A DNA stretch of 64,000 nucleotides from positions 31,496,001-31,560,000 of the forward strand of contig NC_043016.1 in the NCBI RefSeq assembly GCF_006345805.1, in the 5' to 3' direction. Below, one piece after another: positions 25,211-39,340 of the stretch. Made by a program: the position numbers and the translations under genes. This DNA is from Octopus sinensis. Taxonomy: Eukaryota. Position 1 is the stretch's first letter. Each line of letters starts with the position of its first letter. Below the pieces are notes generated by a model. The model was given only the letters and a program-made list of their open reading frames with translations. It had not been told where the DNA came from and searched no databases.

Positions 25211-25459
25211 ACACGCACACACTCTATTGTTGAGAGCAGTCTCCATGTTTCATTTCATATTGGCTACCTCTGATGAGTGTAGGGTTATATAATCAGACTG
25301 TTACCTAACACTGCATTGCACCCCTAGTGCAAAACTGATTGGTAAGTTCATGATGGATATATAATACTGTACACTTCAGATAACATACCCACTCTATTGA
25401 CAGATATACAAGTGCATCTTTTTCCTGGCTTGTGGACTTTTAGACGATTTACGTACATA

Positions 25460-25840
25460 TCCATTATATAAAATCCGTTCTGTCTGTCTGTGTGTGTGTC
25501 TTCTAGGATCTTGGGCATCCTCCATCCGATTGTGCTCAAATTTGATCTGTAGATACCGACGGTATCAGGGCATGTATAAGTCTTGAAAAAATTACAAAAA
25601 TTGATTCCAGGTGAGAATGCGATTGATAAAGCTGTGAGAATGTGCATTTGTAAAATCGTTTTTCTTGGAATAGAAAAAAGTCTATCTTTATTTCTTCTTT
25701 TGCTGCTGTCTCAAATTTAGGTTAAATCAGTGTTTCTTCAAGACGAGGCCTATGGGATGGTCGGACAAGTTGTTTTGAGAAAATTTGGTTTAAATGTTTG
25801 ACAACTCAACACCGTCCATTGGACGGGGGGCATTTTGCTC

Positions 25841-25843
<3 letters not shown>
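25460..25843 (+). mobile_element. Non-autonomous Helitron-like element
   Basis: ATCCATTATATAAAA start, (TGTC)n/(TG)n near the 5' end, GC-rich 3' end CCGTCC...GGACGG then TTTTGCTCGT. Confidence 0.45.
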
Positions 25844-25872
<29 letters not shown>

Positions 25873-25877
<5 letters not shown>

Positions 25878-26507
25878 TTTGATCACTTTGACTGACCAGT
25901 CCGTCAGGTGTCCATTTGACACCGCTGGTCACAGCACGCTGTCCACTCCTCTCTGGATCACGCCTTTCTCATCCACGTGATCCCAATCATCCTCTTGAAA
26001 TCGTCACTCCACCGTCGTGGAGGTCTTCCGGGTGGTCTTTTCTGCTCATGCGGGTACCACTTGACAACTGCGTGCGTCCACCGATTATCGGTGAGCCGGG
26101 TGATGTGTCCAGCCCATCTATACTTGCTGCGAGTATACTCTGCGATGACATCTCTCACGCCGGACTTCTTTCTGATGATGTTGCTATTCATGTGCTCTCT
26201 CAACGATGGAATAGAGGAGGTGAGAGAATATGTCTACCTGGGACAGGAAGTAAATATGTGCCGGGATATCAAAAAGGAGATCTCACGGAGAGTAAGGGCC
26301 GGATGGAAGGCATTCAATGGCATAAGGGATGTGCTCAAGGGAAGGTTGGACAGGACCACCCGCGCCAACCTCATTGACAGTGCAGTTCTGCCTGCAATGT
26401 TATATGGTAGTGAAACATGGGCTACCACAAAGAGAGAAGAGCAAAGACTCATAACAGCTCAAAGAGCCATGGAAAGGTCAATGCTTGGTATCTCGTTGAG
26501 AGAGCAC

Positions 26508-26514
<7 letters not shown>
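25873..26514 (-). mobile_element. RTE-clade LINE 3' fragment with 5' inversion
   Basis: Minus 26206-25873: LREH...WAGHITR...RPPGRPPRRW plus CAAAGTGAT tail. Plus 26207-26514: the immediately upstream coding part YVYLGQ...YGSETW...GISLREH. Confidence 0.85.
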
Positions 26515-26546
<32 letters not shown>

Positions 26547-26621
26547 CATATATATATATACACATACACATACACACACACACATATATATACATACATA
26601 CATACATACATATATATATAA

Positions 26622-26692
<71 letters not shown>

Positions 26693-27215
26693 TATATATA
26701 TATGTATATATATATTTTTTTCATCATGTTGAACCATTAATCTCTACACATCTTTTCTCTCCCCATTTCTTTTTACTCTCTCACCATTTTTCTTCCTCTC
26801 ATCACTTTCTTTCAAAAACTGTAAGCTTAAAACGCCAATGATGTTTCCATTCTTTCCGAGCATCAAACAAATACATCTGCTTGTTCCTTCATCTGTTTTC
26901 GTGTTCAGTTTTCTATAAATTTTCTATAAATTTGAAATATATACACAGACACAGACAGACAGACAGACAGACACACACACACACATACATACACACACAC
27001 ATATATACATACACATATATATATGTGTATATGTATGTATGTATGCAAATATATATATATATATATGTACATATAAGAGGGATGACCACTACATGAACAT
27101 CAATATGCTAGAATGTATGTATGTATGTATGTATGTAAATATATATATATATACATACATACACATATGTATATATATATATATAATATATACATATATA
27201 TATATATATACACAC

Positions 27216-27314
27216 ACATATAAGAGGGATGACCACTACGTGGACATCCATATACTAGAATGGATCTACTTCTAGCATATGGATGTCCACATAGTGGTTA
27301 TCCCTCCTATATGT
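27216..27314. repeat. 99-bp hairpin (45-bp arms, 9-nt loop), with a solo arm at 27069-27113
   Basis: Arms differ at 4 positions. Confidence 0.75.
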
Positions 27315-27449
27315 TATGCATGTAATATAATTTTTCTGTATCTTCAGATTTTAATATGCTAGACCACTTGTTTTAAATTGATATTAATTTAATTAATATT
27401 CAATTTTTCACCTTTATTATATATAAGTATCTTTATATATGCACATGTG

Positions 27450-27526
<77 letters not shown>

Positions 27527-27775
27527 TAAAAATGCAACAAGTAAAAATTCCTTTTCCCCTTTTACCAGTTTGGTGATTGCACAAAACACACACTCACACA
27601 CACACACACACACGTGTGTGTGTGTATAGAATAAGTTTCTTTTAGTTTTTATCTACTAAATTTATTCCCAAGGCGATAGTAGAAGACATTTTCTCAACGT
27701 GATACATAGTAAGACTGAACCCAGGGCTACGTGACTGGAAAACAGACTTCTTACCAAATAACGTGTGTGTGTGTA

Positions 27776-28192
<417 letters not shown>

Positions 28193-29437
28193 GGATGCTC
28201 TCTCTCTCACATGCATACACACACACTTGCACACACACACACACACATACAACATCATCATCATCATCATTTTAATATCTGTCATTTTAAGCTGACTTTT
28301 AAAAAGTAGTGAACAATACAATATATCACCTCATATCTGAAGTCAGTTCTTCTTTCCATTTCTGCCAATGGCATTTTCTCTTGTTTTTATTTATTACTAT
28401 ATTATGTAGCATTCGTTATCCTATTGCATTTTACAGCTACAACAGAACGTCCCCTTTCCTGCATAAATCAGTTAATGATTTTATGGTGCCAAGGTGTCAT
28501 AGCCTTATTGCACCTCACATTTTATACACATTAACATTACATTCCCAGAAGTTCATACTCAACCCATATCTCCTCAGTCACTTTGAAGCTTTACATTCAT
28601 CATCTATATCTCACTACAATATAGTTTTACATCTCTTTTCATATGCTTCATAAAGTTTTCCTTTTGAAAGAGAGAAAGAGATAGAGATAAAGAGAGCGAG
28701 AGAAAGGAAGAGAGAGAGTCATGATATTTGTTGTCAAAATAGCAGCTCTTCAATCTGCTTGTTTTCCTAGATACTCAACACTTTGGTTATTTTTAGTAAT
28801 TATTAGGTCACCTAGATAACAGATACATTCTACTAATTATAGAAGCTATCCAAATTGTTTACAGATTTTCTTTCAAGTATATCAACTGAAAAATATTCTT
28901 GTATATTTGCTTTATCTAAATCCTTGGCTCGGTACCAATTTTGTTTAATATCCACTTGCTCATCTTGATAATGCATTGCTTATGGTAACTAGAAAGCATC
29001 ATGAGACAACTATCTGCTTCCTACATATTGAGAAAACTCTCTTAGCAGATATAAAGTGCAATTAGAACTTTGGTTTTAATCATATTGACTTTTAAGCTTT
29101 TGACTTGAAATATTCTGGATAAGGCTGGAATTTTTTTCCAATCCTTTTATAAATTTTGCCTTAGAAGCAAGTCAACAGCCTAAATTCCTTCAAATAACAA
29201 CTCAATCTCTTAAATCTGGGAAGGAAACATTGATTAATCAGAGCCAAAATGCCTTTGTTTAAAGACAACAATTTCTTAGACTACTAGCATGGTACCAACA
29301 TAGCTTTGAGCTTTCAACATCCCATAGGAGACAGTCAACAGAGATAACAGACAGCAGCTGACCCAAGCTGACATTAACCACAATGAATGATCTGTGACAG
29401 CAACTCAACAACCAGCAGCTAACTTTTTGACTGCTGC

Positions 29438-30180
29438 TACATCATCATCATCATTGTTCGACCGTGGTCGAGACAATGGAATTTACCATGCTACGCCAGA
29501 CTTCACGGTCCATCATGGCATTACGGAGGTCCTGTTGCTGGATGCCTGTATCCCTGGATATTACATCAGGGTAGGAGAGTCTGCGCCCTCTGGTATTGCG
29601 AGTAGATGGCTTCCAGAGGAGAAGAGTAGAAATTACTTCTTTTTCAGCTCTACAACAATGTCCAGCAAACTGGACTCTCCTACCTTTCACAAGAGATGAC
29701 ACAGGTGGTAGTTTCCCATATATTTGCATTTTGGTTGGATGGCGCTTCCACGAGAGATTTTGAGCTCTCATAAGGAGGCGAGTGTAGGTTCCATCCAACC
29801 GCCTCTCAAGCTTCTTTGATAACGTCCAGGTTTCTGAGCCATATAGTAGAATTGGTTCAACTGTGGCTTTGAAGATTTCAAGTTTGAAGTCTCTACTTAG
29901 ATTTGATGACCAGATCTTATGCATGTCATTACAGGCTGACCAGGCCATACCCTTTCTAGTTAGAAAGTCTTTTCCAGATGATGATATGTATGACCCAAGA
30001 TATTTATAATCAGAAACCATATTTAAGGGCGCATTGTTGAGAGTATGGATGATGCAATCACTGTTGGACAGGCACTTGTTTATGTTTTCAGTTTTGGCCT
30101 CATTGAGGTAAAGACCTACACAATTTGAGGCTTGTTCAAGAAATTGTAAAAGAGACTGGGCATTGGAGAGAGAGAGACAC
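29438..30180 (-). mobile_element. RTE-like LINE 3' fragment (distinct family), (GAT)n tail
   Basis: GLYLNEAKTE, YKYLGS, EPILLYGSETW, FAGHC and DR..WR motifs; stop at 29451 runs into TGATGATG. Confidence 0.85.
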
Positions 30181-30912
30181 CAGGAACAATATCCCAATGT
30201 TCCCCATAATAGCAACCATAGCTTTTTCTTTATGGAAAGAAAAAAATTGTTTGTCAAAAAATCCCAACAGACTTTTGTACTCATCCTTGTAATTCTGGTG
30301 TAAGAAACAGTGTAAGAAACAGCAGTCAGCACTAGTTACACCTCTGTAAACACAAAGACTAAGCTAAAAGATACACAGGTACATTACAAACACATATAAC
30401 AACTACAATACTGTTTTACAAATAATATATTAAATCTATCATAGACTATAATATGCCTGCTTGCATCTCGGTCAACTGTGAAGGACAAGAGAATGAGATA
30501 AGAACATGAAAAAAGAGAAAGAAGGAAAAACTGAAAGGGAGAGAAAAAAGAGATGTAAAGATGAAAAATAACGGTTAAACTAGATTATTGACAGACAAAA
30601 GAAGTGATGAACAGAGACTGCTGACAAAATGTCAAGAAACAACTCTATAACAGATGCAGGTCCATATGTTTGTAAGTTCAAGAAGATAAAGAATGGGAGA
30701 GAGGGAGGGTACAGACACATCTGAGACCCATTAAAACTCACCACTAACTAATTTTCAAACAGATGCAGAGGAACTGACCAGATTACAGTGGTATGCAGAA
30801 CATGTTCACATCACTAGAAATAATGGTTTCCAGTTTTGGCACAAGGTCAACAATTGCCACCAGAGAATGATACAAGATGATTACATCAACCTCAGTGCTC
30901 AACTGGTACTTA

Positions 30913-31412
30913 CCATAAATCCTCAAGTATAATCCGCATTTTTTTCCCAAATTTTAAAGGTCAAAATCTCTAGTGCGTATTATACACAAGGTTAAAAATG
31001 AAAACTATTTTCTAAGCAATGTCCGAGTCTCTATTTGCTGTCCAGCAATGTTTATTCAGATGCATTTTGTGATGTCGGGGGTGAAAATACCTGAAAGCAA
31101 TGAAGTCATAAAAGAATCATCCATAACTTGCAGTAAGCAACATTTATTAAATGTTATTACTGTTATTTCTTTATTTTCTGCAAACAAAATGCACAAAAAA
31201 GCTACAAGTTTGCATTATGTTATATATACAATAATAATAAAGGACGTTATCGTATACATCTTTACAAACCAAGGACGTTATATAGACCTCCTTGACTCAA
31301 GTTAGAGAAGGTGTGCGTATTATACACAAAGTTTAGGTTTTTCAGAAGTACACCCACCTAAAACTCCCCTGTGTATTATACTCAAGGGCGGACTATACTC
31401 GAGGATTTACAG
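30913..31412. mobile_element. pogo/Tc2-like MITE, 500 bp, TA duplication, inserted in a family C SINE
   Basis: TA-CCATAAATCCTCAAGTATAATCCGC and GCGGACTATACTCGAGGATTTACAG-TA. Host sequence CTGGTACTTA|TTTTATC resumes after the element. Confidence 0.8.
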
Positions 31413-31782
31413 TATTTTATCAACACTGAAAGAATGAAAGGCAAAATCGACTCTGGCAGCATTTGATCTCAGAATGCAAAGCCAGAAGAAATGCTGCTAG
31501 ACATTTTTTCCAGCACTGTAAGGATTCTGCCAACTTGCTGCCTTAACATTACAAGAAATATTATGGAGTGGAAATAATATAACAGCTTTTTGTGTGTGTT
31601 TTTAGATGGATAAAATGACTCCACCATGATGTTGCTATTTCAGTCGAATATGTACTCCAGAGAAGTACATACATACATGTACTTGTGTATGAGAGACATA
31701 CATCATTATAATGAATACTTTAACACACATGCACATATATAAATATACATGAACACATACATACAAAAAGACATACATATGA

Positions 31783-31850
31783 AGGGTTGTCTAGTGGTAA
31801 AATGCCTGTCATGTCTACTAGAGATATGGGTTCAAATCCCATGGACAGCC
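31783..31850 (+). pseudogene. Degenerate tRNA-like sequence (Asp-like CTGTCA loop)
   Basis: TCTAGTGGTAA A-box and ATGGG-TTCAAAT-CCCAT T-arm. Anticodon arm is broken. Confidence 0.3.
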
Positions 31851-31932
31851 TTTAACTTTTCCTATCCAAAAGGGTTTTTCAACTCAATATTTACATGCAA
31901 TTATTTATAGCTTCATGTGCTACTCCCCCAAA

Positions 31933-32009
<77 letters not shown>

Positions 32010-32053
32010 CCCATGCTAGCATGGAAAGCGGACGTTAAATGATGATGATGATA

Positions 32054-33678
32054 CAGTTGCGGCCAAAATGTTCAGAACGGCATTGTTTTTGTCAGAAAAG
32101 TAGGTATAAGTTATTATTAAAGTTGTTTTATATTCTATAATTTTCACAGACAATAAATACGATATTAATTGGTATTGTCTGGGATTTTAGTGTAATTTGA
32201 GTGGATAATACAAAAGTTATGGATGATATAGTGATTTACTGCAAAACCCATGGTGGCCAAAATGATCAGAACGGTTGAAAAAATAACAAAATAATCAAAA
32301 AGTGACGGAGAATGCTGGAATTATTTCATATTTAGTGTGAAGCCCTTTAGCTTCAATCAAAGTTTGACATTTTCAACTGCATGGGGAAATTAAATTTTCA
32401 ATTTCTTGCTGGGTGATCTTATTCCATTCTTCCTGAAGGGCATTCTATAATTGCTCGGTTGACTTAGGATTTCTGGCTTTCAAACGTTCTCCTAGAATAT
32501 TCCACACATTTTCTATAGGATTGAGGTCTGGGCTTTGAGCAGGCTAATCCATAACAATAACCTTTTCAGCCTTGAGAAAGTTCATGACCACCTTAGCCTT
32601 GTGACATGGAGCATTGTCCTGTATGAATATGGGTGGTCGCTTAGTTGAATTTCTCAGCACAAGCAAGACATGATCTTTTACAAGTTGTTTATAAACTCCT
32701 GCATTTACCTTTCCATGTAATCGCAGCAAAGGGCCCACAACATCTCCAGATATCATCCCCCAAACCATGACACTTCTTCCACTGAATTTAACACTAGGCT
32801 TAAGGCATTTAGGTGACAATTTTTCACCTGCTTTTCAACGAACATACCTTTTCCCATCTGAGCCAAATAACATAGACTTAGATTCATCACTGAAATGCAC
32901 CGTTTGCCATTTTTCTTGAGACCACAACACAGGTTGCAAAGGTAAGACGACACTTTTTATTCTTGGAGCTGATCAGTGGCTTCACTGCAGGTGCTCTTGC
33001 TTGTAGGTCATGTTCAACTAAAGGACGAGACACAGTTTTTCGAGATAAAGTTTTCTTCAGTACAATGCTCATTTCCCGAAAAACAGCAGCAGCAGTTTTA
33101 AATCTGTCCTTTTTAACCAACTTTACCATAGCACGATCTTCTCTTTTGGTCGTTTTTCTTGGCCTACCTGTAGACTTTCTTGCTTCACACGAACCACAAT
33201 CATCGTAGACCTTAAGAATACCGTGAACAACACTTTTTGACTTGTTAACAATCTTTGCAATAGACCTAATACTTAAAATATCCTTCTTTCGAAGCTTAAT
33301 AATCTGCTGATGAATTGGCAACTGAGTAAGTGGCATTATATTAACAAAGTACACTGCAGATATTCTTACTAATGTTTAGTAAACGAACTGTCACGTAAAC
33401 AAATTCAAAACATTAGAGTTCGACGGTTAAATATACTAAAACATGGAGTAAAAGCAACCGTTCTGATCATTTTGGCCACCATGGGTTTTGCAGTAAATCA
33501 CTAAATCATCCATAACTTTTGTATTATCCTCTCAAATTACACCAAAATCTCAGACAACAACAAATAATATCGTATTTATTGTCTGTGAAAATTATAGAAT
33601 ATAAAACAACTTTGATAAAAACTTATACCTACTTTTCTGACGAAAACAATGCCGTTCTGAACATTTTGGCCGCAACTG
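32054..33678 (-). mobile_element. Full-length Tc1 (DD34E) transposon, IR/DR-type about 224-bp TIRs, disrupted transposase (about 33354-32340)
   Basis: TA|CAGTTGCGGCC...GGCCGCAACTG|TA. GRPRKT, FSDES, VMVWG, QDNAPCH and SPDLNPIE motifs, with frameshifts and stops. Confidence 0.93.
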
Positions 33679-33782
<104 letters not shown>

Positions 33783-34633
33783 TGTGTGTGTGTGTTTACA
33801 TATATATATATATTCTTTTACTTGCTTAAGTCATTTGACTGTGGTCATGCTGGAGCACTGCCTTAAATCTGGTACTTAATTCATCACCACCAAAAGGATG
33901 AAAGGCAAAGTCAATCTCAGCAGAATTTGAACTCAGAACATAGACATGGATGAAATGCTACGAAATATTTTGCCTGGCATGCTAATGATTCTGCCCACTC
34001 ATTATATCATCATCATTGTTTAACGTCTGCTTTCCATGCTAGCATGGGTTGGACGATTTGACTAAGGACTGACAAACCAGATGGCTGCACCAGGCTCCAA
34101 TGTGATCTGGCAGAATTTCTACAGCTGGATGCCCTTCCTAATGCCGACCATTCCGAGAGTGTAGTGGGTGCTTTTACATGACACCGGCACATCTATGTAT
34201 GTATGTATGTATGTATGTATGTATATATATATAATTATAAATAAGGGCAAAAAAAATTTTCTTTGCCAATATGCTGAAAAATAGACTTTAGATTGTCTAA
34301 CTGCATAAAATATCTTTCGCTTTAAATACACAGCATGCTGAAACGAGGAAAGCAAGCTAACAGAAATGTTTAAGATTCCGTTATCCTTGAATCAGACCAA
34401 TTTCTGGATTAATCCAAAAGGATTTTTCCTTCATCAGCTGTGTATTTATCGTGAAAAATATTGTTTGTAGTTAGACAATCTAAAATCTATTTTTCAGCAT
34501 ATTGGCATAGAAAATTTTTTTCTTTTGCTCTTATTTATAATTATTTATAATTTTTCTCTTAAAAGGTATTTTAATATGCTGGCCACTAATATAATTGTTT
34601 TTGAAAAATTTTATCCTTATATTAGAAATGGAG

Positions 34634-34791
34634 TGTCTGTGTGATAAGTAGCTTGCTTACCAACCACATGGTTCTGGGTTCAGTCCCACTGCGTGGCTTA
34701 CAAAGAATAAGTCCTAGGGTTGATTTGTTTGCCTAAAGGCAGTGCTCCAGCATGGCTGCAGTCAAATGACTGAAACAAATAAAAAATAAAA

Positions 34792-34795
<4 letters not shown>
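34634..34795 (+). mobile_element. SINE family A with internal deletion (head fused to tail)
   Basis: Head ends CCCACTGCGTGG and joins directly to CTTACAAAGAATAAGTCC. Confidence 0.75.
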
Positions 34796-34845
<50 letters not shown>

Positions 34846-34849
34846 GTAA

Positions 34850-36400
34850 GTTTGAAACAGAGTGGAAAAAGAATAAGAGACTTTTTTAGAAACATCAGCC
34901 TTAGATTCTCCTGTAACAACCTTAAAGCTGCTAATTTCTTAGACATCACTCTAGAATTACAAAACCAAAATTTCTGCCCATACGACAAACCTGGCATGAA
35001 TCTCAATTACATCACCTTTCCCTTCAACCACCACCCATCCATTCTAAAATCTATTATAGAGAGCATATCCTACCAGATTTCCTCACTGTCCACAAATAAG
35101 GAAATATACAGAATACTATAATTGTGCCCTATAACGTGCTGGTTATAAAGATTCAATTGAATATATCCCCATGTGGAATAAACCTCCCTCCGCTTAACCC
35201 GAACCAAGAACAGTTCTGCCCCACCTCCAACAAATAGAGCACAAAATATCTTCCATTTCTCACTGCTCCACTAATCTTCGAAATTTCAAAGTAGCTGATG
35301 ACCTAATAAGCAATCCTCCCACCAGATGGTCCTAAATCCTAAATACGTCATCACCCACCAAAATCAACAGCAGTATGCACCTCCAAAGCCTTATCCATAC
35401 TCTGATAACCCCTTTAATTGGAGTAAACAAACAAAAACCCATGATGTTATCTGGTTCCATCCCACTTTACCCTTAATGTTCAAACTCAAGTACCTAAACT
35501 CTTCTTTTCCCTACTTGTAAAACATTTCCCTAAATCCAGCCCCCTTAGAAAAATCTTTAACCCCTAATCTATAAAATTGTCTTACTCCACCACCACCACC
35601 AACATTACCAGAGTAATAAGAAACTTAGAAACCCACAAATAGCTAACACTCACCCTAATAACATAACTTACCCTGGCCCCCAGCTCCAAACATATAAACC
35701 TCCACCCAGAACACCAATAAACCCCCTTACCAACACTAACCCTCAAACCTCCAACTATAATTCCATTACTAACACCCAATCCTTAAGCCTACCTCACAAC
35801 CTAACTTTACCTCGTATAGAAATGAAGAATGATATAGACAGTAACATTGGACATAAAAACTATCATATACAACCTACTGATGTCTCCCTTAACTCCCTAA
35901 TAAATACCAATTTTAATGACACCACTGATAATGAACCTAACAGCGGTCTTTCACTAAATAACAATCACCCCACCAATTCAGCTACAACACCCCCTGTGAT
36001 CCTATGCAGCTGCAGATGCCCAACCTTCTGCCCTTCAGATAATCACTATCTTACTAAAATTACCACTTACAAATGTACAGTATCAGCTGCCAACTCTAAA
36101 TATATATATATATCAGACCATGCTACATTACCTTCAAAGCCAGAGTGAGCAACCACTACTCCAGTTTCAAGTCCCAAACAAAATCCAACAGTACATCTTT
36201 ATCTCAGCTTATACATAAACTTAAGAATGAATTAATTTCTCCCACATTAAAGTGGTCCATAGTCACCCATCCTAAACTGTATACTGGCTATAACAACAAG
36301 TGCGATCTTTGCATAGCTTAAGTCTGATCAATTATGTAATCCACTGATTGCCTGAATGAACATGGTAGCATAATTTTTACATGTCACCACAAATTATGTA
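34850..36400 (+). mobile_element. Degenerate Penelope-like element (RT end to GIY-YIG C-terminus)
   Basis: NFLDITL....F.PY.KP...LNYI....NH.PSILK and STSLSQ.I..LK...LKWSI...KCDLC motifs. Confidence 0.6.
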
Positions 36401-37265
36401 ACCTATTCTCAAAATACAAATAACAATAATCACCTCCCCCATGTCATTCCCTAACTTCACCCTCCCCTCACAGACGTTCATTCCCTTGCATTTACCTTCA
36501 CAACCACCAGTCTTTAATCACCCCCATACTCCCTAAAACTCTTTATTTCTTTTTCGTTTTTGGATTTGGTTTGCAAGATTCTTTATATGAGTTCGTGTGT
36601 TGAAGCATATTCTGTTGTGTCTGGGGAGAGTCATTTTCTTTCTGTGCCTTATTATTTAACACACTCACCGGTAAAATTTCCACTTTTTTCTTATTTTCTA
36701 TTGTTTTATTTTCCTAAAATTTTCGTTGCATCTTGCAACCTTTTCAATAGTATCTATTTTTATCTTTCTTTATCCTTTATACTCTAAAAAAATTCTCTTA
36801 ATTCACCTTCCTCCACACCCATCCCCACCCCCTTTGAAACTGGGACCAATGCAAAGCATCTTTCATAAAAACTTTTTCACTGAGTTCAACATTTCCATCA
36901 ATTTGTTTTTCTTTTTATCTTCCTTACTACTTTGGTCTTTGCACATTGAGATATAAATTCATAATCAAATATAATATTCAGGTTCTGCATTTCTAGTTTT
37001 AAATCTGCTGCATTGGCATTGTCAGAAATCCATGGTCGGAATTCCTTTGATGAATACGCTGAGCTGTCCTTTTACAAACCATAAATACAGTTCTCAAAGA
37101 TCTTTTTCCTCCAAAAAATTATCACATCAATTCAAAGTGGCGTTTTTGGAAAGAGAAGTAAAATTTTAAGACAACAAAAATTAAAAGAATTCTTTTAATT
37201 GCAGTTAATATGAACAGTAGGAAGTGTTGAGATGTATTGAACTATACAGATATGGAGATAATTTA

Positions 37266-37455
37266 TTCTCAAGTGCAGAATAATGAACGAACAGCATGAA
37301 TAGGATATTACCCTTATATTGCAGAAAAATTTGTCAGTGGTCAGCCACGAGACCTGAACGCACATCTCTGAGATGGCTGGTCGCCGACAAATTTTTCTGC
37401 AATATTAGGATAATATCCTATTCACACTGTTTATGCATTATTCTGCACTTGAGAA
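37266..37455. repeat. 190-bp imperfect palindrome (MITE-like)
   Basis: About 82-bp arms at about 85% identity, 26-nt loop. Confidence 0.75.
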
Positions 37456-37944
37456 CGTAGACAGTAATGAGTTTTTACCATATTATTACAGCTTTGCATA
37501 TTCATGTCAGACAAAGTCACAGAATTCCTTCATCTGTGTAACATGAACTGTGTATATGTGAAAAGTTTGAAATTTTTCATAAGTGCTTTAGTATCAACAA
37601 CTGTTTTAGAGACAGTTATACACAAAGTATGCACCAAAACCAATGCCAATAATATAATTTCAAAGTTGTTGTTCTTTTTTTTTTTTATGACATAAAAGGC
37701 TCTTGCCTTTTCATTATACTCCAACTAAATTTCTGTTACAGTTGTCACCATAAAATCTAACAACATTTTTTCCTTCTAATCTGTGACTGTCAATAACTGA
37801 GACTCAGGCACTCCCAGGATCTTAGACATGTCAATAGGATAATGTGCATATCAAAAAATTTTATTTGTACCCTCAACCAGTAAAGTGTAACGTTAACATA
37901 TTTTCTATTTTGAAGCATCTATAGAAATTGTAATAATGTTTGTG

Positions 37945-38518
37945 TCTTCTAGGTCTCTAACAAGCTTGTTTAGCAGTACCATAGCTGTATAAATGTATAC
38001 AGCTATGGTACGACCACACTTGGAATTCGCATCATCAGTTTGGAACCCCTATCTTGCTCAGAACATTGACCTCCTGGAATCTGTCCAGAGACACGCAACC
38101 AAACGCATACCCTCCATCAGACACCTACCATATTCTGAGCGCCTTGTTTCCCTGGGCATGGATTCACTGAAGCTCTGGCGTCTGGCGATGGACTTGGTAA
38201 ACACCCACAAAGTTATCAACCACCTCACCAACAACAACACTGAACACCTTTTTGATCTCCATGTGTCTAACACACGTGGACATGCCTACAAAGTCAGAAA
38301 ACAACACAGCTCCCATGACTTTCGGAAACATTTTTTCACGCTCAGAGTTGCTGAAGCATGGAATAAACTGCCTGCGTCAGTTGTTGACTGCCATGACACT
38401 GCATCCTTTAAGGCCCTCATGCTTCCCGAAATCCGTCGAAACTACACCTGATTATATATACACTTTAGATGAGTTGTAGTGCACCTGAGCACTGTACACA
38501 ATTATTATTATTATTATT
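37945..38518 (+). mobile_element. CR1-type LINE 3' end, sister of 3800-4432
   Basis: ORF 37993-38451 with the same motifs; tail GTGCACCTGAGCACTGTACACAA(TTA)n. Confidence 0.88.
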
Positions 38519-39340
38519 AACCATTTGAGCAATTACATTCAAAGAAGTTAGATTTGGTGCATTACATTCAGAATTGTTAAATTATTTATGTAAGTTCTTC
38601 TATAAGGATTGGGAAAATAGGGACCATGGAACAAAAGTACTCACCCTTGTTAACTAACTTTCTAGCCATAATTATCCTGTATATTTCACCACTTTTAAAA
38701 TAGTAATGTTGCATTTGAGGAGGGTGTGGTAGCAAATTTTTGTGGGTTAGGTGATTACATAGAGACACTCTGGTCAGCCTGTTATTGTTGTTCAGGATGA
38801 TGCTAATTGCTTTGTACATCATTTTTCACTGCCTAGTTTATGGTTTCTGGTAGATATAAATGTTTAGCAGTTAGATACCAAAGTTGTTTTTTTTTTTTTG
38901 TGTGTGGTTTATTTTCTTTAATTTCATTGCTTGGTTGTTTTATGCTGAGTTTTATTTCTGTTGTTGTGTAGCAGCTGTTACAGCTTGTTAAAGAATTGGC
39001 CTAACATTTAACAATTTAACATCCAGGAAACTGAGATCGTACATCAATGGAACAGTGCATCGCCCTTCCTTTCTAACCTTTTTACTACTACAGTAACAAC
39101 TAGTTCCACCCTTCCAATCTGTACACTTGTTCAGTGACTGTACACTGAACAAAGAGACTCCACACCAGAGATTCTCTACTCAGGTCCATATGACCCTTGG
39201 GATCCATTTAAGATTTTGTTGTTAAAAATAGTATTTCACAAATAAATTAACTGAGGTGATTACACTAGCCAAATGGTTAATGTACCCTTCTCTGTCATAT
39301 TACTAGTTATTACATGTTCTAAAATACTTATACTCTAAGG

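Noticed and set aside
25265-25335. CTCTGATGAGTGTAGGG... as a hammerhead
   Set aside because: No GAAA at the base of stem II and no matching stem I or cleavage triplet.
37480-37860. Possible hAT transposase relic on the minus strand
   Set aside because: Only a faint H..LHR-like motif across stops; insufficient.
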